Part shown: positions 9,510 to 17,934 of the stretch, in pieces
Layout: every line of letters begins with the position of its first letter
Position numbering within the stretch: position 1 is the stretch's first letter
Source of the DNA: Candidatus Methylomirabilota bacterium
GTDB taxonomy: Bacteria > Methylomirabilota > Methylomirabilia > Methylomirabilales > 2-02-FULL-66-22
Direction of reading: 5' to 3'
NCBI GenBank assembly: GCA_026387775.1
Contig: JAPLLC010000092.1
Coordinates: 1-52,224 of the forward strand
DNA length: 52,224 nucleotides
Notes under the pieces: generated by a model
What the model saw: only the letters and a program-made list of their open reading frames with translations
Told to the model about the DNA's origin: nothing
The model's database searches: none
Program-made: the position numbers and the translations under genes

Positions 9510-10382
9510 CTACGGTCGCCAGTCGGGATCGATGAAGAAGGGCTGGCTCCAGGCGCTGCCCATCTGGGCGTCCACCACCTCGATCCGGACGTAGGGATCC
9601 CCGGGTCGCGGGGTGTACTCCGCCTGCATCAAGGCGTCCCCGCGTACGCGGGAGGCGGGGTTCGGGTCGCCGGTCATGAACCGGATCTCGATGGCCGGCG
9701 AGCACCAGACCTTGATGGTGTCTCCGACCACCTCGAACTTCTGGAAGTGAGGTCCGGTCGAGGAGTAGAAGTTCCCCGCCTTCAGGTTCGCCAGAACGTC
9801 TTCCGGGGTCAACTGATCCGCGTTCACCACCACCCAGGCCTTCCCCCCCTGGTACGGGATCCGGTGAGCGTCGTCGGCGGCGACCCCCCAGACCCTCACC
9901 CCGCTCCGGAGGAGCTGATCCCAATACTGCAGGGCAAAGCCGTTGTACTCGAGGTAGCTGCACACCACGTTGAGGATCTCGACGGCCGCATACCGGTGGA
10001 GGCCGAGACAGCGCTCCAGGCCAAAGGCGGACCAGTTCGGGTGCGCCAGGATGGCGAGCCCGCCCTGGTCGTTGATGGCGTCGATGGTCTGCTGGTGGTC
10101 GGTAAACGGCTCGACCAGACCCTTGAGATCGAGCCCCACGATGTGATCTCGGCCGCACACGGTGACCTCGTCCGAGGACAGGGCCAGGAAGGCCGGCGTC
10201 GTGAATTGGCTCAGGTCGGTGAAGACATCGTGGTCCGTCACCGCCAGGAACGCGTAGCCGCGATCCCGGTAATAGGCCACGACCTGCTCCGGCGGCCATT
10301 CGCCGTCCGAGAGATTCGAATGGGTGTGGGTGTTGCCGCGATACCACTGGGGCAGGTTCCGATACGGATTCCTGATCTTCAT
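9510..10382 (-). CDS. PHP-domain (CehA/McbA-like) metal-dependent phosphoesterase, copy 1
   Basis: HTHS..SDG, TDHD, AHP and DDAH PHP motifs. ATG overlaps the HAD stop (ATGA). Confidence 0.88.
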   Translation of the reverse strand: MKIRNPYRNLPQWYRGNTHTHSNLSDGEWPPEQVVAYYRDRGYAFLAVTDHDVFTDLSQFTTPAFLALSSDEVTVCGRDHIVGLDLKGLVEPFTDHQQTIDAINDQGGLAILAHPNWSAFGLERCLGLHRYAAVEILNVVCSYLEYNGFALQYWDQLLRSGVRVWGVAADDAHRIPYQGGKAWVVVNADQLTPEDVLANLKAGNFYSSTGPHFQKFEVVGDTIKVWCSPAIEIRFMTGDPNPASRVRGDALMQAEYTPRPGDPYVRIEVVDAQMGSAWSQPFFIDPDWRP

Positions 10383-11068
10383 GCCAGCGTGTCTCCCGTG
10401 CTCGGGTTCTCCTTCACGACCACTTCCCCCTTGATCGTCAAGGTCAGGTCGTCCAGCGTCCCCACCTTCCAGGTGGCCCGTTCCAGTCCCGGGACCTCGC
10501 GCCCCCGCTCCACCGCCACGACCGGCATGCCGGCCGCGTGCGCCGCCGCGACGCCGGACGGACTGTCCTCGATGACCAGGCAGGCGGCCGGAGACAGCTT
10601 CAGCAGGCGAGCGGCAGCCAAGAACGGGTCCGGCGCCGGCTTGGCATGGCTGTAATCCTCGGCCGTGACGATCACGTGAAAGCTCTGCGTCATGACGGCG
10701 CGCCACAGGATTCCCTCGACCTCCAGCCGCCGGGAGCCCGTGGCGATGGCGAGATGGGTTCCCTCGGGGATCCGCCGCAAGAACCGGCCGGCATCCGTGA
10801 ATGGCTGCACCTCATCCAGTCGCTCTTCATACAGCACGTTGCGCCGCGCGATGACCCGCGGGCCGTCGGCCTCGAAGCGCGCGCCCAGGATGTCGCGCAG
10901 ACCGGCCTCCTCGGTCCGGCCGAGCCAGCAACGCGTGAAGTCGTCCCAGGTGAGCGTGACGCCGAGTTCCGCCAGCGCCTGGGCCCCCGCGCGGAACCGG
11001 ACCGGCTCGCTGTCAAACAAGACGCCGTCGAAATCGAACAACACGGCCTTGATCAGGAAGGGATTCAT
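10379..11068 (-). CDS. HAD-superfamily phosphatase (beta-PGM/CbbY-like)
   Basis: FDFDGVLFDS motif I, ATGS motif II, KPAPD and IEDS..G motifs. GGAGG RBS. Confidence 0.92.
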   Translation of the reverse strand: MNPFLIKAVLFDFDGVLFDSEPVRFRAGAQALAELGVTLTWDDFTRCWLGRTEEAGLRDILGARFEADGPRVIARRNVLYEERLDEVQPFTDAGRFLRRIPEGTHLAIATGSRRLEVEGILWRAVMTQSFHVIVTAEDYSHAKPAPDPFLAAARLLKLSPAACLVIEDSPSGVAAAHAAGMPVVAVERGREVPGLERATWKVGTLDDLTLTIKGEVVVKENPSTGDTLA

Positions 11069-11316
11069 GCGCGCCTCCGCCACGAGAGACCGGTGGATGT
11101 CGTCATCATCTGTGGATAGATGATGACGAACGTTTCGCCGGAGGTCAAGTCGGGAGTGTTGGGAGTGTTGGGCCTCCCCCAGCCGGCAGGAAAGTAGGTC
11201 ACCCCCTTCAGCCAAGACCGGGCAGAGGTGCTCCTCTCCTGCTCGGGACGGATCGTCGAAATCACCATCCAGTAGAACGGAAACGCGATCAGGAGCGCCG
11301 AGAGGCCCTGCCTCAC
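11065..11316 (-). pseudogene. Chimeric 83-aa ORF beginning like a carbohydrate ABC permease
   Basis: GTG overlaps the permease stop and reads LLIAFPFYWMVISTIRPEQE, a MalG/UgpE-type first TM segment, before unrelated sequence. Its TGA overlaps the HAD ATG. Confidence 0.45.
11100..11129. promoter_or_regulatory. Perfect 12-bp inverted repeat, candidate operator or hairpin
   Basis: TCGTCATCATCT-GTGGAT-AGATGATGACGA, about 30 nt upstream of the HAD start. Confidence 0.5.
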
Positions 11317-12140
11317 TTCGGTGAGGTGAAGGTGAAGGCCCGTATGATGTGCCGCTGCGCGGCCAGGAAGGTGAGGATCATGGGGACGACGACGAACATG
11401 TTGCCCGCCATGATGATGTGCCAGCGCGAGCCGGTCCCCTCCTCGCGGAGCAGCGCCACGCCGAGCGGCAGGGTCCGGACCGCCTCGTCGGTGGTCATCA
11501 CCAGCGGCCAGAAGTAATCGTTCCAGTGGTACACGACGCTGAAGAGCGAGAAGGCGATGATGGTCGGCTTGGCGATGGGCACCAGGATGCGGAAGATGAT
11601 CTGCAGGACGTTGGCCCCGTCGATGCGCGCGGCGTCCAAGATGTCGTCGCTGATGCCGTTGAAGGCCTCGCGGATGAGGAACGTCCCCAAGGCGGAGGTG
11701 GCATAGGGCAGGATGATGGCCGCGTAGGTGTTCAGAAGGCCCACCTTGGCGAGCATGATGTAGATGGGAATGAAGCGGATCTGCGGCGGAACCATGAGGC
11801 AGGCGACGACCAGGAAGAAGCAGAGGTCGCGCCCCGGGAACTCGAGCTTGCTGAAGGCGTAGGCCGCCAGGCAGCCCAGGAAGAGCTGGAGGATCAGAAT
11901 GCCGAAGGTGGTGATGACGTTGTTCAGCAGGTAGCGCGGAAACGGACCGGACTGCCATGCCTGGACATAGTTCTCCCAGTGGGGCGGGAGGGGCAGGAGG
12001 CTGGGCGGGAACTGGAGGACGCCCGCCAGGTCCTTCAGCGACGTGGTGGCGATCCAGAAGTACGGGAACACCTCGACCAAGGCGACGATGCCCAAGAGGG
12101 CGATTGCCAGAACGCGGAGTGCTGGGTTTCGGCTCGTCAT
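11313..12140 (-). CDS. Carbohydrate ABC transporter permease (UgpE/MalG-like)
   Basis: FPYFW, AAYAFSKLEFPGR, EAA-like loop DAARIDGA and WNDYFWPL motifs. Confidence 0.93.
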   Translation of the reverse strand: MTSRNPALRVLAIALLGIVALVEVFPYFWIATTSLKDLAGVLQFPPSLLPLPPHWENYVQAWQSGPFPRYLLNNVITTFGILILQLFLGCLAAYAFSKLEFPGRDLCFFLVVACLMVPPQIRFIPIYIMLAKVGLLNTYAAIILPYATSALGTFLIREAFNGISDDILDAARIDGANVLQIIFRILVPIAKPTIIAFSLFSVVYHWNDYFWPLVMTTDEAVRTLPLGVALLREEGTGSRWHIIMAGNMFVVVPMILTFLAAQRHIIRAFTFTSPK

Positions 12141-12158
12141 GGATCGTCCCCGCTTTCG

Positions 12159-13064
12159 CTACCCTACCTGGGTATAGTGCACCTTCCGCTGGAAGACGCG
12201 GTGCTGCACATAGGTGAGCGTCAGGATCAGAGCGAAGCAGATAACGACCGCCGCCGAGGCGCGACCGATGCGGAAGTAGTGGAACGCCTGCTCGTAGATG
12301 TAGAAGACGTAGATGCTGGTGGCGTGGACCGGCCCGCCCTGGGTCATGATGTTGACGATGTCGAAGCCCTGGAAGGTGGCGATGGTCAGCGTGATGAACA
12401 GGAAGACGGTCGTGGGGGCGAGCAGGGGCCAGGTGATGTACCGGAACTGGTGCCAGGCGCTGGCCCCGTCCAGGGAGGCGGCCTCGTAGTAGTCCTGGCT
12501 GATGTTCTGGAGGCCGGCCAGGAAGATGATCATCGGATAGCCGATGACCTTCCAGACGGTGACGCCTACCAGGCTCCAGAGGGCGAGGCGGTGGTTCCCC
12601 AGCCAGTCCACCGGCGGGACGCCGAGGAAGCCGGCGACATAGTTCACCAGCCCATACTGCGGGTCCAGCATCCAGATCCAGAGCAGCGAGACGGCCACCC
12701 AGGAGACGATGTAGGAGGTGAAGATGCAAGCCTGGAAGAGGCTGCTCAGCGCCGTCCGGTTGTTCAGGAGCAGGGCCAGGGCCAGGCCGATCCCCATGGC
12801 CAGGACGACGACGCCCACCGAGTAGGCCAGGGTGTTTCCCAGCACCTCCTGGAACTCCGCGGCCTCGAGCAGCTCCCGGTAGTTCGTGAGTCCGATGAAG
12901 CGCTTGGGCTGCAGCATGTCCCAGGCGAAGAAGCTGAGGTAGAAGGAATAGACGACAGGGTAGATGTAGAAGGCGCTGAAAAAGGCCATCGAGGGCAGGA
13001 TGAGGGCGTAGCCAAGCAGGGTCTGTCGCCGCATCGATCGGGGGCGTCTCATGAGCAGTGGCAT
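12159..13064 (-). CDS. Carbohydrate ABC transporter permease (UgpA/MalF-like)
   Basis: FIGLTNY, YYEAASLDGA (EAA loop), ITWPLLAPT and MTQGGP motifs. Exact start uncertain. Confidence 0.93.
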   Translation of the reverse strand: MPLLMRRPRSMRRQTLLGYALILPSMAFFSAFYIYPVVYSFYLSFFAWDMLQPKRFIGLTNYRELLEAAEFQEVLGNTLAYSVGVVVLAMGIGLALALLLNNRTALSSLFQACIFTSYIVSWVAVSLLWIWMLDPQYGLVNYVAGFLGVPPVDWLGNHRLALWSLVGVTVWKVIGYPMIIFLAGLQNISQDYYEAASLDGASAWHQFRYITWPLLAPTTVFLFITLTIATFQGFDIVNIMTQGGPVHATSIYVFYIYEQAFHYFRIGRASAAVVICFALILTLTYVQHRVFQRKVHYTQVG

Positions 13065-13131
13065 CCTCGGAAGAGGGGCGGGGCACGCCGGCCGGCGCGC
13101 CCCGCCGCGTTCTCGGAACCGTCGGGGCGGG

Positions 13132-14421
13132 CTACTTCCCCGCCAGGATGTCGTTGGCCGCCTTCTCGGCGGCGGCCATGGTCTCGTCCACCGTCTTGAG
13201 GCCGATCACCGGGGCCTCCAGGTTCGGCTGGATGACCTCGCGCTGGATCCGGATGAGGGCCGGGGTGAAGGGCATCCGCTGGGCGTACTTGAGCTGATCG
13301 TAGGCCACCTGGTAGTTCGGGTTGGCCTGGTAGAACTTCTGCATCTCGGGGGACTTGATGGCCGGCTCGCTGGTGCAGATGTAGCCGGTGTTCTGCGACC
13401 AGTGGATGGCCTGGGCGGGCTCGGACATCCACTTGATGAAGGCCCAGCCCGCCTCCTTCTGGGCCGGCGTGGCGTCCTTGATCATGACGAAGAAGGTGCC
13501 GCCCGTGGGGGCCGCGAACTGCTCCTTCTTGGGCAGGAAGGCAGTGCCCATCTTGAACTTCACGTTCTCGGTCAGGTAGTTCACGAAGGCGGTGGAGGTG
13601 AAGATCATGGCCGCCTTCTGGGTGATGAAGTCGGTGTTGGTCACCTCCCAGGCGTTGTAGTCCTTGCCCCCGGGCCGCTTCATGATCTTGTGCTTGTTGA
13701 CCATGTCCACCCAGTACTGGAGCGCCTCGCCCCCCTTCTGGCGGAAGGCCGCCTGCTTCCCGTCGGCGCTGAGCAGCGAGCCGCCGGCCTGATACAGCAG
13801 CCCGTGCCAGAACCACCAGTCCACCGGCACCTCGAAGCCCCAGGTCTTGACGTCGTTCCCCTCGCGCACCGTGAGCTTGGCGGCCGCGTCCCGCAGTTCG
13901 TCCCAGGAGGTGGGGACCTTCACGCCCTTCGCATCCAGCAGGTCCTTGTTGTAGTACATGACCGGCATGCTACGGTTGAAGGGGATGGCGAAGAGGGGCA
14001 CCGACTTGCCGAAATAGTCGAAGTAGCCATGCTGCGACAGGGGCTGGACGAACTCCTCGGTCTTGACCCCCGTGGACTTCACGTAGGGCTCCAGGTTCTC
14101 GAACATCCCGCCCTGCCACAGATCCGGCATGGCCTCGCCGATGACGTGGAAGATGGTGGGGGCCGTCTTGGTAGTGATGGCCGCCCGGATCTTGGCCAGG
14201 GCCTGGAAGTAGTCCCCCTGGAAGGAGCCGTCGATGCGGTACTTGGTCTGGCTGCCGTTGAACTTCTTGACCATGTCCTCGGTGACCTGGCGGACCTTGC
14301 CCCCATAGGAGTACCAGAAGGTGGCCGTGATCGGCTCGCCCGCCCAGGCGGGTCCCATCATCGTCAGGCACACCAGGGTAGCCAGCACACACCCCAGCAG
14401 TCTTCGCGTCTTCATGCTCAT
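13132..14421 (-). CDS. ABC transporter substrate-binding protein (UgpB-like)
   Basis: Signal peptide ending in AWA, PFNRSMPVMYYNKD, PTSWDEL, PTGG and WSQNTGY motifs typical of the UgpB-like cluster. GGAGG RBS. Confidence 0.9.
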   Translation of the reverse strand: MSMKTRRLLGCVLATLVCLTMMGPAWAGEPITATFWYSYGGKVRQVTEDMVKKFNGSQTKYRIDGSFQGDYFQALAKIRAAITTKTAPTIFHVIGEAMPDLWQGGMFENLEPYVKSTGVKTEEFVQPLSQHGYFDYFGKSVPLFAIPFNRSMPVMYYNKDLLDAKGVKVPTSWDELRDAAAKLTVREGNDVKTWGFEVPVDWWFWHGLLYQAGGSLLSADGKQAAFRQKGGEALQYWVDMVNKHKIMKRPGGKDYNAWEVTNTDFITQKAAMIFTSTAFVNYLTENVKFKMGTAFLPKKEQFAAPTGGTFFVMIKDATPAQKEAGWAFIKWMSEPAQAIHWSQNTGYICTSEPAIKSPEMQKFYQANPNYQVAYDQLKYAQRMPFTPALIRIQREVIQPNLEAPVIGLKTVDETMAAAEKAANDILAGK

Positions 14422-14568
14422 GCCTCCGTTACGGTTCGACCGCATCATTAGGCCGTCTTGCCGAGGGGCGACGTCGCCCCCGTTGGAACCGGGCTGTCTC
14501 TGGGCGAGTCTCACCTCCCCTCGACGGCCTTGGAGACCCAGACCTCCGCACTGGCGCCTCGCCGCATC

Positions 14569-15444
14569 TCAGGGCCGCCAGTCGGGATCGAGGAAGAAGG
14601 GCTGGCTCCAGGCTGTCTGCATCTGCGCATCCACGACCTCGATCCGGACGTACGCCTCCCCGGGCCGCGGCGTGTATTCGGCCTCCGTCAGGGCGTCACC
14701 ACGGAGACGCAAGGCGGGATTCACGGCCCCCGTCATGAAGCGGACCTCCACCGCCGGCGAGCACCAGGCCTTGATCGTGCCGGCGTCGACCTCGAACCGC
14801 TGGAAGGTGGGGCCGGTCGAGGCATAGAAGTTCCCGCTGCGGATATTGCACACGATCCCCTCCGCCGTCAAGGCCTCTGCGTTCACCATGATCCAGGCCT
14901 TCGCCCCCTGGTAGGGGATCCGGTGGGCATCGTCGGCGGCGACTCCCCACACCCGCACCCCCCGCCGCAGGAGCTGGTCCCACCAGGAGAGGGCATAGCC
15001 GTTGTACTCCAGGTAGTTGCACACCCCATTCAGGATCTCGATCGCCTGGTACCCCTGCCACGCCAGACACTGCTCCACGGTGAGCCATGACCAGTTGGGA
15101 TGGGCGAGGATGGCGAGCCCGCCCTGCGCGGCGATTGCGTCGAGTGTCCGCTGGTGATCGTTGCTGAAGGGCTCCACCACTCCATGGAGACGGAGACCCA
15201 CGATGTGGTCTCGCCCGCGCACGGTCACCTCGTCCGCGGCGAGACCCACGAAGTCCGGTGTGCTGAACGGGGCGAGGTCGGTGAACACGTCATGGTCCGT
15301 CATCGCCAGAAACGCGTAGCCGCGATCCCGGTAGTAGGCCACCACCTGCTCCAGCGGCCATTCGCCGTCCGAGAGCGTCGAGTGGGTGTGCGTGTTGCCT
15401 CGAAACCACTGGGGGTGGTTCCGATACGGATTCCGGATCTTCAT
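14569..15444 (-). CDS. PHP-domain metal-dependent phosphoesterase, copy 2
   Basis: Same PHP motifs as 9510-10382, about 75% identical by manual alignment. GGAGG RBS. Confidence 0.88.
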   Translation of the reverse strand: MKIRNPYRNHPQWFRGNTHTHSTLSDGEWPLEQVVAYYRDRGYAFLAMTDHDVFTDLAPFSTPDFVGLAADEVTVRGRDHIVGLRLHGVVEPFSNDHQRTLDAIAAQGGLAILAHPNWSWLTVEQCLAWQGYQAIEILNGVCNYLEYNGYALSWWDQLLRRGVRVWGVAADDAHRIPYQGAKAWIMVNAEALTAEGIVCNIRSGNFYASTGPTFQRFEVDAGTIKAWCSPAVEVRFMTGAVNPALRLRGDALTEAEYTPRPGEAYVRIEVVDAQMQTAWSQPFFLDPDWRP

Positions 15445-15503
15445 GATTCCTCCAGCACCCCATCAAAGTCGAAGAGGATCGCCCGGACCCTCGAATCATT
15501 CAC
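15441..15503 (-). pseudogene. 20-codon remnant of a HAD phosphatase N-terminus (VNDSRVRAILFDFDGVLEES)
   Basis: Contains HAD motif I (FDFDGVL) matching the intact HAD at 11068. Its TGA overlaps the PHP copy 2 ATG. Confidence 0.6.
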
Positions 15504-15565
15504 GCCCGCTTCCCCCCATTCCTCCTGACAATCATCTGTAGCGTTCGCAGTCACCGTCGTGCTTG

Positions 15566-15595
15566 ATATGTCATATGGTATATCAGATGGCATAT
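15566..15595. promoter_or_regulatory. AT-rich imperfect palindrome, candidate GntR operator
   Basis: ATATGTCAT-ATGGTATATCAG-ATGGCATAT in the divergent promoter region. A GntR gene lies in the rightward operon. Confidence 0.55.
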
Positions 15596-15623
15596 TGCTC
15601 ACAACCCAAATCTCTGTTAAACT
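15595..15623 (+). promoter_or_regulatory. Sigma70 promoter for the gpsA-like operon
   Basis: TTGCTC-N17-TAAACT directly abutting the palindrome. Confidence 0.45.
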
Positions 15624-15704
15624 TGATTTTACAGCTTGTCACCCCCGACGCGGCAGCCAAGAGTCGACGTCGAATTTCTCGGTCTCCTCTTCCAGGAGGC
15701 ACGT

Positions 15705-16772
15705 ATGGCCATCGTCACCATCGTTGGCGCCGGCTTCATGGGCTCGGCCACGGCCTGGCCCCTCGCCGACAACGGTCACACCGTCCGGCTGGTGGGAACC
15801 CACCTGGACGCCGAGATCATCACGCAGTGCAAAGAGAGGCGGTTTCACCCCAAACTCCAGCGCGAGCTTCCCCCCGGCGTCCAGCCGTACCACGCCGAGG
15901 AAATCACACAGGCCATCGAGGGGGCGGAGATCATCCTCAGCGGCGTGAACTCCTCAGGGGTCCGCTGGATCGGCCAAACGCTCGGGCCGCTTCTCCGTCC
16001 GGAGCACCTTCTGATCGCCATCACCAAGGGGCTGGACCTGGATGCGAGCGGGGATCTCAAGATCCTCCCGGATGTTCTCCGGGACGAGCTGCCCGAAAAT
16101 ATCCGCAACCAGGTGCGGCTGGCCGCCATCGGCGGCCCGTGCATCGCGGGCGAGCTTGCCGGCCGCCGCCAGACCTGCGTGACCTTCGGGTGCCGCGACC
16201 AGGCGGCCGTGGAACGGCTCGCCACGGCGTTCCGGACCCCCTACTATCATGTCTGGACCACGACCGATCTGGTGGGACTGGAGTACTGCGCCGCCCTGAA
16301 GAATGCTTACACCGTGGGGGTGGCCCTGGCCTTCGGGCTCTTGGAGAAATCGGGGGGTACGGACACGGCCGGGGCCCACATGCACAATCTGGCCGCGGCC
16401 TGTTACGGTCAGGCGTGCACCGAGATGGAGCAATTCCTCCGTATCGTGGGGGCCACCCGGTATTTCGCCTTCGGCTTGCCGGGGGCCGGCGACCTCTATG
16501 TGACCTGCGTGGGGGGGCGAACCATCCGGCTGGGGACCCTGCTGGGCAAGGGGCACTCGATTGCCGAGGCTCGCGCCATCCTGGCCGGCCTCACTCTGGA
16601 GGGGGCCGCGATCATCGAAATCATGGGACAGGCCCTCCCCCGTCTCGAGGCCCGCGGGCTGGTAGGGCCGGGCGACCTCCCGCTCCTCCGGGCACTGATT
16701 GCCGTTATCGTCCATGGACAGCCCCTTCAGCTCCGCTTGGACGCGTTCTTCGGTGGGGGAGGCCGTGTCTAA
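15705..16772 (+). CDS. NAD(P)H-dependent glycerol-3-phosphate dehydrogenase family protein (divergent GpsA-like)
   Basis: GAGFMG Rossmann motif, ITKGL, GGP..A.E, ALKN and GDLYVTC motifs. AGGAGG RBS before ATG 15705. Confidence 0.85.
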   Translation: MAIVTIVGAGFMGSATAWPLADNGHTVRLVGTHLDAEIITQCKERRFHPKLQRELPPGVQPYHAEEITQAIEGAEIILSGVNSSGVRWIGQTLGPLLRPEHLLIAITKGLDLDASGDLKILPDVLRDELPENIRNQVRLAAIGGPCIAGELAGRRQTCVTFGCRDQAAVERLATAFRTPYYHVWTTTDLVGLEYCAALKNAYTVGVALAFGLLEKSGGTDTAGAHMHNLAAACYGQACTEMEQFLRIVGATRYFAFGLPGAGDLYVTCVGGRTIRLGTLLGKGHSIAEARAILAGLTLEGAAIIEIMGQALPRLEARGLVGPGDLPLLRALIAVIVHGQPLQLRLDAFFGGGGRV

Positions 16773-17847
16773 TCGCGGCACACACGACTACTCGGGTTTT
16801 CGGGCTGGAGCCACCCTCTTGACCGAGGCCCTGCGAGGGCCGTCGACACGCGTCCCGGTCTTCGCGCAGATGCATGAATTCGTGGCGGCCGAGCTCGGCA
16901 TCCCTCGCCGCGATTTCTTCACTCGCCCGGACATCTCGGTGCCCGCCATCCTGGAGGTGGAGACTCGGTATGGATTGGATGTCGCCTCCGTCACCTACGA
17001 CGTCTACAACATCGAGGCCGAGGCGCTCGGACAACCGATCCGGTGGACCGAGAGCGGGATGCCCGATCTCGATCGGAATGCACCTCGCATCCGAAACAAG
17101 GAAGACCTCACGCGGATCCGGACGCCTGATTTCGACGCTGTGCCTGCCTGCCGGCGCGTCCTCGCGATGCACGCCCTCTTCCGGAGTCTGACCGGGATCG
17201 AGCCGGGGCTCAGCTTCTGTGCCCCCTTTACGCTCGCCACCAACCTGCGCGGGATCGAGCAGCTTCTGCTCGACATCTATGCCGAGCCGGATTTTGCCCG
17301 GGAGCTGCTTCACCGCCTCACCGAGGAGGTGTTGGCCCCCTGGATTCTCCACCAGAAGCGGCACTTTCCGCAGGCGAGAGGGGTATCGGGCGTGGACGCC
17401 ACGGCCTCGCTGCCCATCGTGAATCTTGCGATCCTGCGCGACTGGGCCGCTCCCTTCATCCTGCGGCTGCGCGAGCTGTGCGGTCCCGAGATCGCCGTGG
17501 TCAACTGGGTGGGGGAGCGGTATCTTCCCCGCCCGGCCGACATGCTCGATCTCAAGCTCGCCGTGGGGTCGGGAGTCCTCTGGGGGCAGGATCCGGACGT
17601 CGCGGAGCTGGGACCGGACTTCTACAAGACGTACGCCGACGCGCACGATGTCCCGCTGATCCTGGGGGTGGGGGCCGCCCGTCTGGCCGAGGACACCCCC
17701 GAGCAGATCGCGCACCATGTGCGCCGCTATGTCGAGGCTGGAAGCCGCGGAGGGCGATTCGCACTCTACCTCTGCAATCTCGGGGCGACCACGCCGCCGG
17801 AGAACCTGCGGGCCGCGGTGGCCGCCGCCCATGGCGACCCGATCTAG
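16765..17847 (+). CDS. Uroporphyrinogen decarboxylase / MtaA-CmuA methyltransferase superfamily protein
   Basis: RVPV, IEAEALG, APFTLA..LRGIEQLL.D, TPEQI and TPPENL motifs. GTG start overlaps the upstream gene end. Confidence 0.8.
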   Translation: MSNRGTHDYSGFRAGATLLTEALRGPSTRVPVFAQMHEFVAAELGIPRRDFFTRPDISVPAILEVETRYGLDVASVTYDVYNIEAEALGQPIRWTESGMPDLDRNAPRIRNKEDLTRIRTPDFDAVPACRRVLAMHALFRSLTGIEPGLSFCAPFTLATNLRGIEQLLLDIYAEPDFARELLHRLTEEVLAPWILHQKRHFPQARGVSGVDATASLPIVNLAILRDWAAPFILRLRELCGPEIAVVNWVGERYLPRPADMLDLKLAVGSGVLWGQDPDVAELGPDFYKTYADAHDVPLILGVGAARLAEDTPEQIAHHVRRYVEAGSRGGRFALYLCNLGATTPPENLRAAVAAAHGDPI

Positions 17848-17934
17848 CGCCCCCCTGCCCGGCAGGGAGACACCTGGACCGGCGGACAGGGCGAGAGTCA
17901 TGGACTCGGCGTCGTCCTGGAGGGAGATACTGAC

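Noticed and set aside
7583-10347. ORF-track 549-aa and 595-aa versions of the transketolase subunits
   Set aside because: The N-terminal extensions are off-frame read-through of upstream genes. Real starts with RBS are at 8563 and 9462.
11065-13086. 673-aa minus-strand ORF spanning both permeases
   Set aside because: An Arg/Pro/His-rich alternative frame typical of high-GC DNA. Only the last 83 codons were kept, as a remnant.
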